64,000 bases of DNA from an uncultured Candidatus Rokubacteria bacterium (lineage in GTDB: Bacteria > Methylomirabilota > Methylomirabilia > Rokubacteriales > CSP1-6). Under the pieces are notes generated by a model. The model saw only the letters and a program-made list of their open reading frames with translations. It had not been told where the DNA came from and searched no databases. The stretch lies in the NCBI GenBank assembly GCA_963754315.1, contig CAVWFS010000015.1:192001-256000 (forward strand), given 5' to 3'. This document shows, piece by piece, positions 40,539-51,665 of the stretch. Numbering within the stretch: the stretch's first letter is position 1; each line of letters starts with the position of its first letter. The translations under genes and the position numbers were made by a program.

Positions 40539-41186
40539 CTAGGGCCGCTCGAGCTTCTTCACAGTGTCAGCGGTGGCATTGAGCGCGATGCAGTCGGTAA
40601 CCGCGCGGATCATGCTCGCGGGAACTCTGGTCTCCGTCGTGAAGAGAAATCCGTGGCGCACGCGCAGGGATGTGATCCGTCCCGTCGTCTCATCGATCTC
40701 GACGGCCTCCACGTCCCCGATGCGTTCACCGTTCGTGTCGATCACCGACGTGCCGGCCGCGATGTCCGGTTCGTCCGCCTCAGCGGCAGAATCCACGTCG
40801 TGCACGAACGCGTCCGTTCCTGACACCGCGGGCGACGTTCTCTCGGACGGGAGCAGCGCCTCCGTCCAACCATCCCCACCCACCAGGAAGAAGTCGCGCT
40901 GGTCGAACCCAACGGGCATCTGCCAATGGTCAGGCATGCTCTGCAGGTGCTCCGAGTGAAACAGGTCGAGTCCTTCCAGCTCCGAGGCTCTCAGCGCGAG
41001 GCGGACCTCGTCGCCGAACGCGGCGACCTTCGCGATGGGGACCACGACCTCACGACGGTCGAACACGCCCTGATGCACCACGACCCCGGCCACCTCCCTG
41101 GACTGTGCGTGAAGGACCAGTCGGCTGACGGTGCCGACGCCCTTGCCGTTGCTGTCCACAACGCGGGTGCCGAACGGTACAAGCAT
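40539..41186 (-). CDS. PRC-barrel domain protein (two barrels)
   Basis: GTRVVDSNGKGVGTV and GTSVIDTNGERIGDV repeats; GGAGG RBS. Confidence 0.82.
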   Translation of the reverse strand: MLVPFGTRVVDSNGKGVGTVSRLVLHAQSREVAGVVVHQGVFDRREVVVPIAKVAAFGDEVRLALRASELEGLDLFHSEHLQSMPDHWQMPVGFDQRDFFLVGGDGWTEALLPSERTSPAVSGTDAFVHDVDSAAEADEPDIAAGTSVIDTNGERIGDVEAVEIDETTGRITSLRVRHGFLFTTETRVPASMIRAVTDCIALNATADTVKKLERP

Positions 41187-41281
41187 TGACCACCTCCTGG
41201 GTTTCCCAATGGAGAGCTCGATCTGAGCGCACACATCCTAGCCGGTCGTCGCGCTCCGCTTCAACGCGCGGTTCGCGTGGA

Positions 41282-41311
41282 TTGACACACCGCGGCGGCG
41301 ACCTCTAAGAT
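41282..41311 (+). promoter_or_regulatory. Sigma70-type promoter
   Basis: TTGACA-N18-TAAGAT, 9 nt before ATG 41321. Confidence 0.55.
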
Positions 41312-41320
41312 CCGGCTCGG

Positions 41321-42157
41321 ATGGGCGCGCTCGAGTTAACCCTCGTGCTGGGTGCTGCTTCGGCAGCAGCAGGGTTCCTCGGGTCACTGACGGGGCTAGG
41401 GGGCGGAGTGGTCATCGTTCCCCTGCTGACCCTCGCCTGGGGCGTCGACTTCCGCTATGCGGTTGGCGCCTCGCTGGTCTCGGTTATCGCGACGTCCTCC
41501 GCGGCCGGGGCGTCCTATGTCAAGGATGGCTACTCCAACATCCGCGTGGGGATGCTCCTGGAGGTCGGCACCACGATTGGCGCCGTGGGGGGTGCGCTGC
41601 TCGCGACGGTGTTACCCGTGTCGATCACCACGATCGTGTTCGGCGGTGTGCTCCTGGGCTCCGCGTATTTGTCCCTGCGTAAGGGAGCCCAGGTGGAGTC
41701 GGAGGCCCCGCCCGATGCGCTCGCCACACGCCTGCACATGGACTCGAGCTATCCCACGCCGGCCGGGCCACACCCCTACCACGTGACCCGGGTTCCCCAG
41801 GGGTGCGCTGTCATGTTCGTGGCCGGCTCCGTGTCCGGGCTGCTCGGCATAGGTTCGGGCGCCCTCAAGGTCCTCGCGATGGACCAGATCATGCGCTTGC
41901 CGTTCAAGGTCTCCACGGCCACGAGCAACTTCATGATAGGCGTCACGGCGGCCGCGAGCGCCGGCTTCTATCTGAGCCGCGGGTACATCGATCCCGCTCT
42001 CTGTATGCCCGTCATGCTGGGCGTGGTGGTCGGAGCGAGCCTCGGCAGCCGGGTCCTGGCGGGAGCCCGGACCACGATCCTTCGGCGGCTATTCGTCATC
42101 GTCCTGATCGCGCTTGGAGTGCAGATGATTTACCACGGGCTCGCCGGCTCACTCTGA
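41321..42157 (+). CDS. TauE/SafE (TSUP) family exporter
   Basis: GSLTGLGGG and SGLLGIGSG repeats, STATSNFMIG. Confidence 0.9.
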   Translation: MGALELTLVLGAASAAAGFLGSLTGLGGGVVIVPLLTLAWGVDFRYAVGASLVSVIATSSAAGASYVKDGYSNIRVGMLLEVGTTIGAVGGALLATVLPVSITTIVFGGVLLGSAYLSLRKGAQVESEAPPDALATRLHMDSSYPTPAGPHPYHVTRVPQGCAVMFVAGSVSGLLGIGSGALKVLAMDQIMRLPFKVSTATSNFMIGVTAAASAGFYLSRGYIDPALCMPVMLGVVVGASLGSRVLAGARTTILRRLFVIVLIALGVQMIYHGLAGSL

Positions 42158-42159
42158 CG

Positions 42160-42540
42160 ATGCCCGCTCGCCGCGATCAGCCGCTCGAGCAGCTCGTCGG
42201 GACAATCCTGAGGATCGGCGTCATCGTCGCGTCTCTCATCACCTTGCTGGGTGGCGTTCTGTACCTCGTGAGCAGCCCCGGCCAGGTCGACTACCACACC
42301 TTCCGCGGCGAGCCGATCTTCCTGCGTCGCGTAACGAACATCGTCTCAGACGCTGCGGCCCTCGACCCCCGCGGGATCATGCAGCTCGGAATCGTGCTCC
42401 TGCTTGCCACGCCCCTGGCCCGGGTCGTGCTCTCCGCCGTGGCCTTCGCCTTCCAGCGGGACGTTCTGTACGTGGTCGTCACGCTCGCGGTCTTTTCCGT
42501 TCTTCTCTTCAGCCTCGTGGGTCCACACCTCTCTCCCTGA
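42160..42540 (+). CDS. DUF1634 membrane protein
   Basis: ILRIGV, QLGIVLLLATPLARV; usual partner of this TauE subfamily. Confidence 0.85.
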   Translation: MPARRDQPLEQLVGTILRIGVIVASLITLLGGVLYLVSSPGQVDYHTFRGEPIFLRRVTNIVSDAAALDPRGIMQLGIVLLLATPLARVVLSAVAFAFQRDVLYVVVTLAVFSVLLFSLVGPHLSP

Positions 42541-42559
42541 AGTCCGCCCGCCTAGCTCG

Positions 42560-42991
42560 TCAGATCGACACTTCAGGGTACCGCCCCACGCTCTCCAGGT
42601 AACGATCGAAGTCGCCGAGATCCTCCTGGAGTACGCGGTAGACCTGAGCATCATCGACTCTGGCATACACGTGCACCAGCAAGTTGCGGAAGCGGGCCAT
42701 TCTGACCAGCCGGACGGTGAGCGCGCGGTCGATCACGCCGATCTCGGCGAGGACACTCATGCAGTCGGCGTAGTCTTCAGGGCTCCGGCCGCCCCGCCGT
42801 GCGGCCAGGTGGTTGCATATGTCGAGCGCCGCTTCGGCGGCCACGATCAACAGGTACTTCGCGCTATTGATGGTGCGGGAGTCGACGAGAAAGCTCTCGC
42901 GAGATGAGCTGGCCAGTTCGCGTAGCTGGCGGACCGCATCGCGCAGGTGCCCGGCCAGCTCGCGCAGCCGGTCCAGGTTCACCTCACTCAC
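42560..42991 (-). CDS. HEPN/DUF86 (HepT-like) RNase toxin
   Basis: RNLLVHVY = RX4HXY motif; overlaps the MNT gene. Confidence 0.88.
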   Translation of the reverse strand: MSEVNLDRLRELAGHLRDAVRQLRELASSSRESFLVDSRTINSAKYLLIVAAEAALDICNHLAARRGGRSPEDYADCMSVLAEIGVIDRALTVRLVRMARFRNLLVHVYARVDDAQVYRVLQEDLGDFDRYLESVGRYPEVSI

Positions 42992-43394
42992 GGAGGGCCT
43001 CCCGCAGGTACTGCCGAGCGAAGGGCAGGAAGTCGAAGTACTCGTCCCAGGTCCGCGCCCGCATCTCGTCGAGAAAATCCGCATCGCGGACGACGAGCAG
43101 CCGGCCCCTGAGCGCGTGATAGCGGAAGGCCAGCGGGGCATCGTTGAGAGCGCGCACGTCGACCGGTCGCCTCAGGCCGAGGTGGAGCGCGACCGAGAGA
43201 TCGAGGGCATAGCGATCCCGCTCGCCGGGGGCGACGCGGGAGGGGTCGACCCAGACGGCGATGTCGATGTCCCGATAGCTCTCGCCGGCGGGGAACGAGC
43301 CATGCAGGTAGGCAAACACGATCTCTCCCCGCGCCTCCAGCTCTTGCCGGATCGCCGCCGTGAGGCGTTCGCGCTCGCGGCCCTCGCTCTCCAT
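42984..43394 (-). CDS. Minimal nucleotidyltransferase (MntA-like) antitoxin
   Basis: AYLHGS...DIDIAV, VDVRALNDAP. Confidence 0.88.
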   Translation of the reverse strand: MESEGRERERLTAAIRQELEARGEIVFAYLHGSFPAGESYRDIDIAVWVDPSRVAPGERDRYALDLSVALHLGLRRPVDVRALNDAPLAFRYHALRGRLLVVRDADFLDEMRARTWDEYFDFLPFARQYLREALRE

Positions 43395-43520
43395 CGACCC
43401 GATGGTAGCATCCGCTCCGCGGTAGCCGCCGGCCGGCGGCGCGCCGCGGCTGATACGCCGCGATAGACGCCAAGCCCGGAGCGCGGTTATCCTGCCCTTG
43501 AGTTCCACGCCGGGAGGCCG

Positions 43521-43633
43521 GGTCGAGGCCCCCAGCAGCGGGCGTGTTCCCGAGGGGCGCCACGGGTTCCCCCGGGGCGTCCCGAGCGAAGGGGGGCTTG
43601 GGGGGCCATTTCGGGTCCCTCAACATTGAAAGG
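43521..43633. repeat. Diverged copy of the 88-bp repeat family (inverted relative to 23627-23877)
   Basis: Reverse complement AGGGACCCGAAATGGCCCCCCAAGCCCCCCTTCGCTCGGGACGCCCCGGGGGAACCCGTGGCGCCCCTCGG aligns with the tandem unit. Confidence 0.8.
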
Positions 43634-43643
43634 AGCTAAGCTC

Positions 43644-44675
43644 ATGCAGCTCGGGATGATCGGCCTCGGTCGGATGGGCGCCAACATGGTCCGGCGGCTC
43701 ATGAAAGCTGGGCACGAGTGTGTGGTCTATGACGTGAGCCCGGCCACCGTCCAGGGGCTGGCGAAGGAAGGGGCCGCCGGAGCGTCGTCGCTTGACGACT
43801 TCGTGGCGCGGCTGAAAAAGCCCCGGGCGGTCTGGCTGATGGTGCCCGCGGCCGTGGTGGACCAAACCCTCGCGGGCTTGACCGGGAAGCTCGAGCCAGG
43901 CGACATCGTGATCGACGGGGGCAATTCGTACTACCACGATGACATTCGCCGGGCGGCGGAGCTCAAGCCGAGAAGCCTCCACTACGTCGACGTCGGAACC
44001 AGCGGAGGCGTCTGGGGCCTCGAGCGCGGCTTCTGCCTCATGATCGGGGGAGAGACGGCAATCGTCCGTCACCTCGATCCCATCTTCGCCGCCCTTGCTC
44101 CGGGCATGGGCAACATCGAGCGGACGCCAGGACGGGAGAAGGTCCAGAGCACCGCCGAGCACGGCTACCTGCACTGCGGACCGAGCGGCGCCGGCCACTT
44201 CGTGAAGATGGTCCACAACGGTATCGAGTACGGAATCATGGCCGCGTACGCCGAGGGGATGAACATCCTTCACCACGCCAACGTGGGCAAGGGCGCCCGC
44301 GCCGTCGATGCCGAGACGACCCCCCTGCGCAACCCCGAACACTATCAGTACGACCTGAACCTGCCCGACGTGGCCGAGGTGTGGCGGCGGGGCAGCGTGA
44401 TCGCCTCCTGGCTCCTCGACCTCACGGCCATCGCCCTGCTGGACAGCCCGGACCTCGGCAAATTCGCCGGCCGCGTGTCCGACTCCGGCGAGGGCCGATG
44501 GACGGTCATGGCCGCCATCGACGAATCGGTGCCCGCCCCGGTGCTCAGTGCGGCCCTCTACGAGCGCTTCAGCTCCCGCAACGAGGCGGATTTCGCCAAC
44601 AAGCTGCTATCGGCCATGCGCTACGAGTTCGGGGGCCATCTGGAAAAGGCTCCGGGAGCGGCCAAGGGATCGTGA
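43644..44675 (+). CDS. gnd: 6-phosphogluconate dehydrogenase (decarboxylating, short type)
   Basis: [36 protein letters not shown]. Confidence 0.95.
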   Translation: MQLGMIGLGRMGANMVRRLMKAGHECVVYDVSPATVQGLAKEGAAGASSLDDFVARLKKPRAVWLMVPAAVVDQTLAGLTGKLEPGDIVIDGGNSYYHDDIRRAAELKPRSLHYVDVGTSGGVWGLERGFCLMIGGETAIVRHLDPIFAALAPGMGNIERTPGREKVQSTAEHGYLHCGPSGAGHFVKMVHNGIEYGIMAAYAEGMNILHHANVGKGARAVDAETTPLRNPEHYQYDLNLPDVAEVWRRGSVIASWLLDLTAIALLDSPDLGKFAGRVSDSGEGRWTVMAAIDESVPAPVLSAALYERFSSRNEADFANKLLSAMRYEFGGHLEKAPGAAKGS

Positions 44676-46066
44676 TGACCGCGCCTGTCTCCGACGCGCT
44701 CGTCTTCTTCGGCGCCACCGGAGATCTCGCGTACAAGCAGATTTTCCCCGCCCTGCAAGCGATGGCCGGGCGGGGGCACCTGACGGTTCCCGTCGTGGGA
44801 GTGGCGAAGGCCGGCTGGAATCTGGAACAGCTGCAGGCGCGCGCCCGCGAGAGCGTCGAGAAGCACGGACGACTCGATCCTGCGGCCTTTCCCAAGCTGA
44901 TGAGCCTGTTACGCTACGTCGACGGCGACTATGGGGACGCCGCCACCTTCCAGGCCCTGCGAAAGACTCTGGGGACGGCTGCCCGCCCCTTGCACTACCT
45001 GGCCATTCCGCCCAGCATGTTCGCCGTGGTGGCGAAGGGTCTGGCCCAGGCTGGCCTGGCTACGAACGACGCGCGCGTCGTCGTCGAAAAGCCCTTCGGA
45101 CGCGATCTCGCCTCGGCCCGGGCGCTCAACCAGGTCGTGCACCAAGTGTTTCCCGAACGCGCGATCTTCCGGATCGACCACTATCTCGGCAAGGCGCCCG
45201 TCGAGAATCTGCTCTTCTTCCGCTTTGCCAACTCCTTCCTGGAGCCGATCTGGAATCGGCACTTCGTGGAAAGCGTCCAGATCACGATGGCCGAGGCCTT
45301 CGGCGTCGAGGGCCGGGGCCGCTTCTACGAGGAAGCCGGAGCCATCCGAGATGTCATCCAGAACCACATGCTGCAGGTGGCTGCCCTGCTCGCCATGGAG
45401 CCCCCCATCAGCAGCGAGCCAGAATCGATCCGGGATGGCAAGGTCCGGGTGTTCGAGGCCATGCGATCATTGGACACGTCGAGTATCGTCCGTGGACAGT
45501 TCCGTGGTTATCGTCAGGAGCCGGGCGTAGCACCCGAATCCCAGGTTGAAACCTTCGCGGCGCTGCGACTCCTCGTGGACAATTGGCGCTGGGCAAACGT
45601 TCCGTTCCACATCAGGGCGGGAAAGAACCTGCCCGTCACTGCCACCGAGGTCCTGGTCCGGCTCAAGCAGCCGCCGCACGTCGTGTTCAAGAACGTCCGC
45701 CCCGGCCCCGGCAACTACTTCCGCTTTCGGCTGAGCCCTGACATCGTCATCGCGCTCGGTGCCGCCGCGCTCCACGACGCTGAGCAGCTCGACACGCAGG
45801 CGGTCGAGTTAGAGCTGACTCGCCATCCGACCGCCGATTCCATGGCGCCCTACGAGCGCCTCCTGGGTTCCGCGGCGAAGGGCGAAGCGATACTCTTTGC
45901 CCGCGAGGACGAGGTCGAGGCAGCGTGGCGTGTCGTCGACCCGATCCTCGGGAACGCCACGCCGTGTCACACCTATGAGCCCCACACGTGGGGCCCGGCC
46001 GAGGCCGAGCGGTTGGCGCCGCCTGGCGGATGGCATGCCCCGGAAGGCGCCACGGCACATGGCTGA
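44675..46066 (+). CDS. zwf: Glucose-6-phosphate 1-dehydrogenase
   Basis: [27 protein letters not shown]. Confidence 0.96.
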   Translation: MTAPVSDALVFFGATGDLAYKQIFPALQAMAGRGHLTVPVVGVAKAGWNLEQLQARARESVEKHGRLDPAAFPKLMSLLRYVDGDYGDAATFQALRKTLGTAARPLHYLAIPPSMFAVVAKGLAQAGLATNDARVVVEKPFGRDLASARALNQVVHQVFPERAIFRIDHYLGKAPVENLLFFRFANSFLEPIWNRHFVESVQITMAEAFGVEGRGRFYEEAGAIRDVIQNHMLQVAALLAMEPPISSEPESIRDGKVRVFEAMRSLDTSSIVRGQFRGYRQEPGVAPESQVETFAALRLLVDNWRWANVPFHIRAGKNLPVTATEVLVRLKQPPHVVFKNVRPGPGNYFRFRLSPDIVIALGAAALHDAEQLDTQAVELELTRHPTADSMAPYERLLGSAAKGEAILFAREDEVEAAWRVVDPILGNATPCHTYEPHTWGPAEAERLAPPGGWHAPEGATAHG

Positions 46067-46661
46067 GTCGCATCATCAGGTCTGGCTGGTTCGCCACGGA
46101 GAGACGGAATGGTCCGCCTCGGGCCAACACACCGGCCGGACCGACATTCCGCTCACCCCGGCGGGCGAGCGCCAAGCGATGGCCCTCGGGAAGAACCTGG
46201 CTGGCCACAAGTTCGCGCTCGTTCTGTCCAGCCCGCTTGCCCGGGCCCGCGAGACCTGTCGGCTGGCGGGATTGGGAGACTCGGCCGAGATGACCGATGA
46301 TCTCCGCGAGTGGGACTACGGGATCTACGAGGGCCGCCGCACCGCCGACATCAGGAAGGAGGCGCCGGGCTGGACGGTCTGGAACAGTCCCATCCCGGGC
46401 GGCGAGAGCATCGAGCAAGTAGCACAACGGACGCGAAGAGTCATCGACCGGGCCGTGGGCGCCCCCGGCGACGTCGCCCTGTTCGCCCACGCTCACGTCC
46501 TCAGAGTGCTCACCGCCTGCTGGCTCGGCCTCCCGCCCGACGCCGGACGGCTGCTCGCGCTCGGGACCGCATCACTGAACATTCTCGGCTACGAGCGGGA
46601 GACGCGTGTCATCAGTGTATGGAACCAGGACTGGCAACTGCATCGTGGGGAGACCCCCTGA
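46059..46661 (+). CDS. Histidine phosphatase, SHB17/Gpm2-like sugar bisphosphatase candidate
   Basis: [35 protein letters not shown]. Confidence 0.85.
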   Translation: MAESHHQVWLVRHGETEWSASGQHTGRTDIPLTPAGERQAMALGKNLAGHKFALVLSSPLARARETCRLAGLGDSAEMTDDLREWDYGIYEGRRTADIRKEAPGWTVWNSPIPGGESIEQVAQRTRRVIDRAVGAPGDVALFAHAHVLRVLTACWLGLPPDAGRLLALGTASLNILGYERETRVISVWNQDWQLHRGETP

Positions 46662-46676
46662 GGTGGAGGAAGGAAC

Positions 46677-47762
46677 ATGAAACCGACGCAGCAGCTTCGC
46701 GAGGCCGGGCAGAGCTTGTGGCTCGACAACATCACCCGTGGGATCCTCAATAACGGCACTCTCAAGCGGTACATCGACGAGCTGTCGATCACGGGACTCA
46801 CCTCGAATCCCACCATCTTCGACCACGCCATCAGCAAGAGCCACGACTACGACGGCGCGATCAGCGAGAAGATCAAGGGGGGAAAGGCGGGGGAGGCTCT
46901 CTTCTTCGAGCTCGCCATCGAGGACCTCACGCGGGCTGCCGATCTGTTTCGGCCGATCCACGACGTCACCGACGGCGTGGACGGCTTCGTCTCTCTCGAG
47001 GTGTCGCCCGTGCTCGCCTACGACGCCGAGAGCACCCTGGCCCAGGCCAAGCAGCTGCACGCGCGAGCGGGACGCCCCAACCTCTTCATCAAGATTCCCG
47101 GGACGCGGGAGGGTATCCCGGCTATCGAGGAGGCCATCTTCGCCGGAGTGCCGATCAACGTGACCTTGCTCTTCTCCCGCGGGCACTACCTGGCGGCGGC
47201 CGAGGCGTACATGCGGGGTATCGAGCGGCGCATCGCGGCGGGGCTCAATCCCGACGTGCGGTCGGTCGCCTCGGTCTTCATCAGTCGGTGGGACAAGGCG
47301 GTGTCGGGAACGGCGCCGGCTGCCCTGCACAACCAGCTCGGAGTGGCGATCGCCAAGCGGACATACAAGGGCTACCGTGACCTGCTCAACTCCGATCGCT
47401 GGCAGCGCCTGGCCAACGCCGGGGCCCGGCCGCAGCGGCTCCTCTTTGCCAGCACGGGGACCAAGGATCCGGAGGCGTCGGACGTTTTCTACGTCAAGGC
47501 GCTCGCCGCGCCCAACACCGTCAATACCATGCCGGAGGCGACCTTGCTGGCCTTCGCCAACCACGGCGAGCTGGGGCCTCCTCTGCCCGCCGATGGCGGT
47601 AACGCCGAGGAAGTCCTCGGCAAGTTCGGCAAGGAGGGCATCGACACCTCGGCCCTGGCCGCCGATCTGCAGAAGGACGGCGCCGCGTCCTTCGTCGCCT
47701 CCTGGAACGACCTGCTCGCGGGCATCGCGGCCAAGAGCGACACGCTCCGGAAGGAGCGCTAG
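46677..47762 (+). CDS. tal: Transaldolase
   Basis: [34 protein letters not shown]. Confidence 0.95.
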   Translation: MKPTQQLREAGQSLWLDNITRGILNNGTLKRYIDELSITGLTSNPTIFDHAISKSHDYDGAISEKIKGGKAGEALFFELAIEDLTRAADLFRPIHDVTDGVDGFVSLEVSPVLAYDAESTLAQAKQLHARAGRPNLFIKIPGTREGIPAIEEAIFAGVPINVTLLFSRGHYLAAAEAYMRGIERRIAAGLNPDVRSVASVFISRWDKAVSGTAPAALHNQLGVAIAKRTYKGYRDLLNSDRWQRLANAGARPQRLLFASTGTKDPEASDVFYVKALAAPNTVNTMPEATLLAFANHGELGPPLPADGGNAEEVLGKFGKEGIDTSALAADLQKDGAASFVASWNDLLAGIAAKSDTLRKER

Positions 47763-47767
47763 TAGAG

Positions 47768-49411
47768 ATGCCGGCGGGGTCGACACTGCTCACCAAGCGT
47801 CCGGAATGGAGGCGCCTGGAGGAGCACTTCCAGAAGATCCGTGACGTGCACCTGCGGACCTTGTTCGCCGAGGATCCCAAGCGCGGCGAACGGCTCGGCC
47901 TGGAGGCGGTCGGTCTCTACCTGGACTATTCAAAGAACCGCGTGACCGACGAGACGCTTCGCCTGCTCGTCGGCCTGGCCGAGGCGGTGGGATTGCGCAA
48001 CCGCATCGATTCGATGTTCCGGGGCGACAAGATCAACACCACCGAGCAGCGCGCCGTGCTGCACGTGGCCCTGCGGGCACCGCGAGAGCAGCAGATCATC
48101 GTGGACGGTAAGGACGTGGTGCCCGAGGTGCACGCCGTGCTCGACCAGATGGCGGCCTTCGCCACCCGTGTGCGCAGCGGGTCCTGGCGGGGGCACACCG
48201 GCCAGCGCATCCGCAACGTGATCAACATCGGCATCGGAGGGTCCGATCTCGGGCCGGTCATGGCCTACGAAGCGCTCCGGCATTACAGCGAGCGCAGCAT
48301 GACGTTTCGCTTCGTCTCCAACGTCGACGGGACGGATTTCGCGGAGGCCACGCGTGACCTCGATCCCGCCGAAACTCTCTTCGTGGTCTCCTCGAAGACG
48401 TTCACGACCCTGGAGACGATGACCAACGCCCAGTCGGCACGGGCGTGGAGCCTGGCCGCGCTGCGCGACGAGGCGGCAGTGGCCAAGCACTTCGTGGCCG
48501 TGTCCACCAACGCCGCCGAGGTGACGAAGTTCGGCATCGACACCGCCAACATGTTCGCGTTCTGGGACTGGGTGGGAGGGCGCTACTCGATGGACTCCGC
48601 CATCGGCCTCTCCACCATGCTCGCGATCGGCCCCGAGAACTTTCGCCAGCTGCTGGCCGGCTTTCACACCATGGACGAGCACTTCCGGACGGCGCCCTTC
48701 GCACAAAACCTGCCCGTCCTCATGGGCCTGCTCACCGTGTGGTACCGGAACTTCTTCGGCGCCCAGACGGTGGCCGTGCTGCCCTACGATCAGTACCTCA
48801 AGCGGTTCCCGGCTTACCTCCAGCAGCTCACCATGGAGAGCAACGGCAAGCACGTGACCCTGGACGGAACGATGGTCGATTACCAGACGGGACCCGTGTT
48901 CTGGGGAGAGCCCGGCACCAACGGCCAGCATTCGTTCTATCAGCTCATCCACCAGGGCACGTCCCTCATCCCGTGCGACTTCCTCGGCTTTGGCCAGACC
49001 CTCAATCCCGTCGACCGCCACCACCCGCTGCTGATGGCCAACGTGTTCGCCCAGAGCGAGGCGCTGGCGTTCGGGAAGACGGCGGACGAGGTGAGGGCGG
49101 ATGGCGGGCCCGACTTTCAGATCGCGCATCGGACGTTCACGGGCAACCATCCCTCCAACACGATCCTCGCCGAACGGCTGACCCCGGACGTGCTCGGAAA
49201 GCTGGTGGCCCTCTACGAGCACAGCGTCTTCACCCAGGGGACGATCTGGCACATCAACTCGTTCGATCAATGGGGGGTCGAGCTGGGAAAGGTCCTGGCC
49301 AACCGCATCGCTCCTGAACTGGAGGGCCCAGGGGAACCTGCGCTCAAGCACGACAGCTCCACCAACGCGCTCATCCGACGCTTCCGGCGTCTCAGGGAGG
49401 CCCGCTCATGA
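47768..49411 (+). CDS. pgi: Glucose-6-phosphate isomerase
   Basis: [35 protein letters not shown]. Confidence 0.97.
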   Translation: MPAGSTLLTKRPEWRRLEEHFQKIRDVHLRTLFAEDPKRGERLGLEAVGLYLDYSKNRVTDETLRLLVGLAEAVGLRNRIDSMFRGDKINTTEQRAVLHVALRAPREQQIIVDGKDVVPEVHAVLDQMAAFATRVRSGSWRGHTGQRIRNVINIGIGGSDLGPVMAYEALRHYSERSMTFRFVSNVDGTDFAEATRDLDPAETLFVVSSKTFTTLETMTNAQSARAWSLAALRDEAAVAKHFVAVSTNAAEVTKFGIDTANMFAFWDWVGGRYSMDSAIGLSTMLAIGPENFRQLLAGFHTMDEHFRTAPFAQNLPVLMGLLTVWYRNFFGAQTVAVLPYDQYLKRFPAYLQQLTMESNGKHVTLDGTMVDYQTGPVFWGEPGTNGQHSFYQLIHQGTSLIPCDFLGFGQTLNPVDRHHPLLMANVFAQSEALAFGKTADEVRADGGPDFQIAHRTFTGNHPSNTILAERLTPDVLGKLVALYEHSVFTQGTIWHINSFDQWGVELGKVLANRIAPELEGPGEPALKHDSSTNALIRRFRRLREARS

Positions 49412-50316
49412 CCGTAGGCTATTCCAAACCTCTCTACATCCTTCCCTTCGATCACCGCGGCTCCTTTCAGAAGGGAATGTTCGGCTGGTCGGGAACATTG
49501 ACCCCCGCCCAAACGGCCGAGATCGCCGCCACCAAGCGCGTGATCTACGACGGTCTTCAGGCGGCAGTGGCCGGTGGCGTGCCGAAGGACCGGGCCGGCA
49601 TCCTCGTGGACGAGCAGTTCGGAACGGCGATCCTCGATGACGCCTCCAAGGCCGGATACCTCACCGCCGCCCCGGCCGAGAAGAGCGGTCAGGATGAGTT
49701 CGACTTCGAATACGGAGACGACTTCGGCCGCCACGTCGAACGCTTCAACCCGACCTTCTGCAAGGTTCTCGTCCGCTACAACCCCGAGGGCGAGGCGGGC
49801 TCCAACGCACGGCAGGCCGCTCGCCTACGTCGTCTGTCCGACTTCTTGCACGGCAGCGGCCGTCGGCTCATGTTCGAGCTGCTGGTCCCCGCGGAGGCCG
49901 CCCAGCTCGAGCGCGTGCACGGGGACAAGAAGGCCTACGATCGCGACGTGCGGCCCACCCTGATGGTCCAGGCCATCCAGGAGTTGCAGGACGCCGGTAT
50001 CGAGCCCGACCTCTGGAAGATCGAGGGACTCGATCGCCGTGAGGACTGCGTGAAGTTGGTCGGGGCCGCCCGGCGGGGAGGTCGAAGCCAGGTCGGCTGC
50101 ATCATCCTGGGCCGTGGCGAGGACGAGAAGAAGGTCGAGGAGTGGCTGCGTACGGCCGCCGACGTACCCGGATTCATCGGCTTCGCGGTGGGCCGGACGA
50201 CCTTCTGGGATCCGCTGATGGCCTGGCGGGGCGGCAAGAGCTCGCGGGAGCAGGCCGTGGCCGAGATCGCGCGCCGCTACCGCCTCTGGTCCGACATATT
50301 CCAGCACGCGACCTGA
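49408..50316 (+). CDS. DUF2090 family aldolase-like TIM barrel
   Basis: [37 protein letters not shown]. Confidence 0.82.
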   Translation: MTVGYSKPLYILPFDHRGSFQKGMFGWSGTLTPAQTAEIAATKRVIYDGLQAAVAGGVPKDRAGILVDEQFGTAILDDASKAGYLTAAPAEKSGQDEFDFEYGDDFGRHVERFNPTFCKVLVRYNPEGEAGSNARQAARLRRLSDFLHGSGRRLMFELLVPAEAAQLERVHGDKKAYDRDVRPTLMVQAIQELQDAGIEPDLWKIEGLDRREDCVKLVGAARRGGRSQVGCIILGRGEDEKKVEEWLRTAADVPGFIGFAVGRTTFWDPLMAWRGGKSSREQAVAEIARRYRLWSDIFQHAT

Positions 50317-50411
50317 GCAATCGGGGCCGGGGGCGAGGTATGGTGGCCGCTCGGCCCTTCCGCTGCCACCCCTCGCACTCGGACGGAGTCTCATCCCTGA
50401 GGGGTTAGGCC

Positions 50412-51267
50412 ATGCTTGAAGAGGGCGCCGGGGCTCGCGAGTCTGGTTCCAGCTGGGCCTGGCCGGTGCGGTGGGAACCCGCGGTGCGGCTGTTCCTGGC
50501 CCGGGGAGAGCCGCCGGAGGCAGTGCTCGACGATCCCAACCTTGTTGCCCATCGTGTACTCGACCGTCTAGCTGCGCTCGCGCACGATGTCCACTTTGGT
50601 GAATCGGGTGCTTCCGGCGCCTTCATTGCCGCCCTCCACGCCCTCATGCGCGAAGCCCCGTGGCTCGTCATGGACGACGACCAAGCGCACGCCACCGCCG
50701 CAAGACCGCCAAGCAATCATGAGGCCGGTGGCGCCGCTCGAATAGACGAGATCGTTGGGGAACCGTCGGAAGACGATCTCATTGACATGGGCGGGGTCGC
50801 TCTCGTGCACACACTCGCCGCCGCCCTCGCCGGCCGGGACGGCGCGGCGGCCATTGGGCAACTGGCGGCCACCGCGATCGCCGCGGAGAAATGGTTACCC
50901 GGCTTGAGTCGGGCGGGTGATGCCCCTTATCGTGCCGACATTGCCCGGCTCGGCGGAAAGGCCGACGCGCACGTGCAGCAAGCGCCGTCGCGGCATCCGG
51001 CCGACTGGCCGCAACTCAACATGCTCGCGCGCAGCAGTGCGACCATCTCTGCGAAGGTGCACTGTATTCGCTTCTCCATCAGCTCCTGGACGAAGCAGTG
51101 CCACCGCCAATTGCGAGTGGTCCGGTCACCTGGACAACCGGCATTGAATCGGTCGATGTCACCGATCCCTGCGGCGCCACACCGCAGCTGACGATCAAGG
51201 GCCAAGGCTTCGGCGCCGCCGCTGCGCCAGGCGTGGGCGTGCTCGCCGCCAGGTGGGACACTCAATC
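50412..51267 (+). pseudogene. Degraded/truncated hypothetical gene with a partial IPT/TIG domain
   Basis: ORF from 50412 shifts frame near 51040 into ...GIESVDVTDPCGATPQLTIKGQGFG..., then runs into the DUF5615 remnant. Confidence 0.45.
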
Positions 51268-51290
51268 TTCATGTCGAGGAGGAGCTTCAT
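51267..51290 (-). pseudogene. Truncated DUF5615 PIN-like toxin remnant (MKLLLDM)
   Basis: ATGA overlap with the DUF433 stop; MKLLLDM is the typical DUF5615 start and the resemblance ends after codon 7. Confidence 0.6.
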
Positions 51291-51511
51291 GGAAGAGGTA
51301 GTTCGACTTCCTCGGTGCGCCAGGCGGCGTAGGACAGCGCCGCGCGAATGTCATCGGCTTCCAAGTAAGAATAGGCCTGCAGGATCTCCGCGTGAGTTCT
51401 CCCGGCCGCGAGCAGCCCGATGATGGTGCCCACGGTCACCCGCATTCCCCGAATGCACGGCCGCCCGCCCATCACCCCGGGGTCGTGCGTGATCCGTTTC
51501 AGGAGATCCAT
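51287..51511 (-). CDS. DUF433 protein (antitoxin-like)
   Basis: RITHDPGVMGGRPCIRGMRVTV...DIRAALSYAA. Confidence 0.92.
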   Translation of the reverse strand: MDLLKRITHDPGVMGGRPCIRGMRVTVGTIIGLLAAGRTHAEILQAYSYLEADDIRAALSYAAWRTEEVELPLP

Positions 51512-51665
51512 GAGCCGAGTATACCCGTCGTTCAGGGCGTCAGGAACGCTCTCATTAGCTCCAGTCAGCTTTGGTTCAACGCCCCGAGAATTGATTTACT
51601 CGTGAAAAGAGCTTATAGCCTTTGAAGTACAGCGCTCATCGTGCGGAACGAAATGGAGATTCTCC

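Noticed and set aside
50317..50411. Riboswitch or ncRNA after the PPP operon
   Set aside because: Only an imperfect GC hairpin; no recognisable conserved aptamer motif
36965..51267. Single genomic island bounded by the two truncation scars
   Set aside because: No integrase, tRNA, terminal repeats or obvious compositional shift; the scars may be independent
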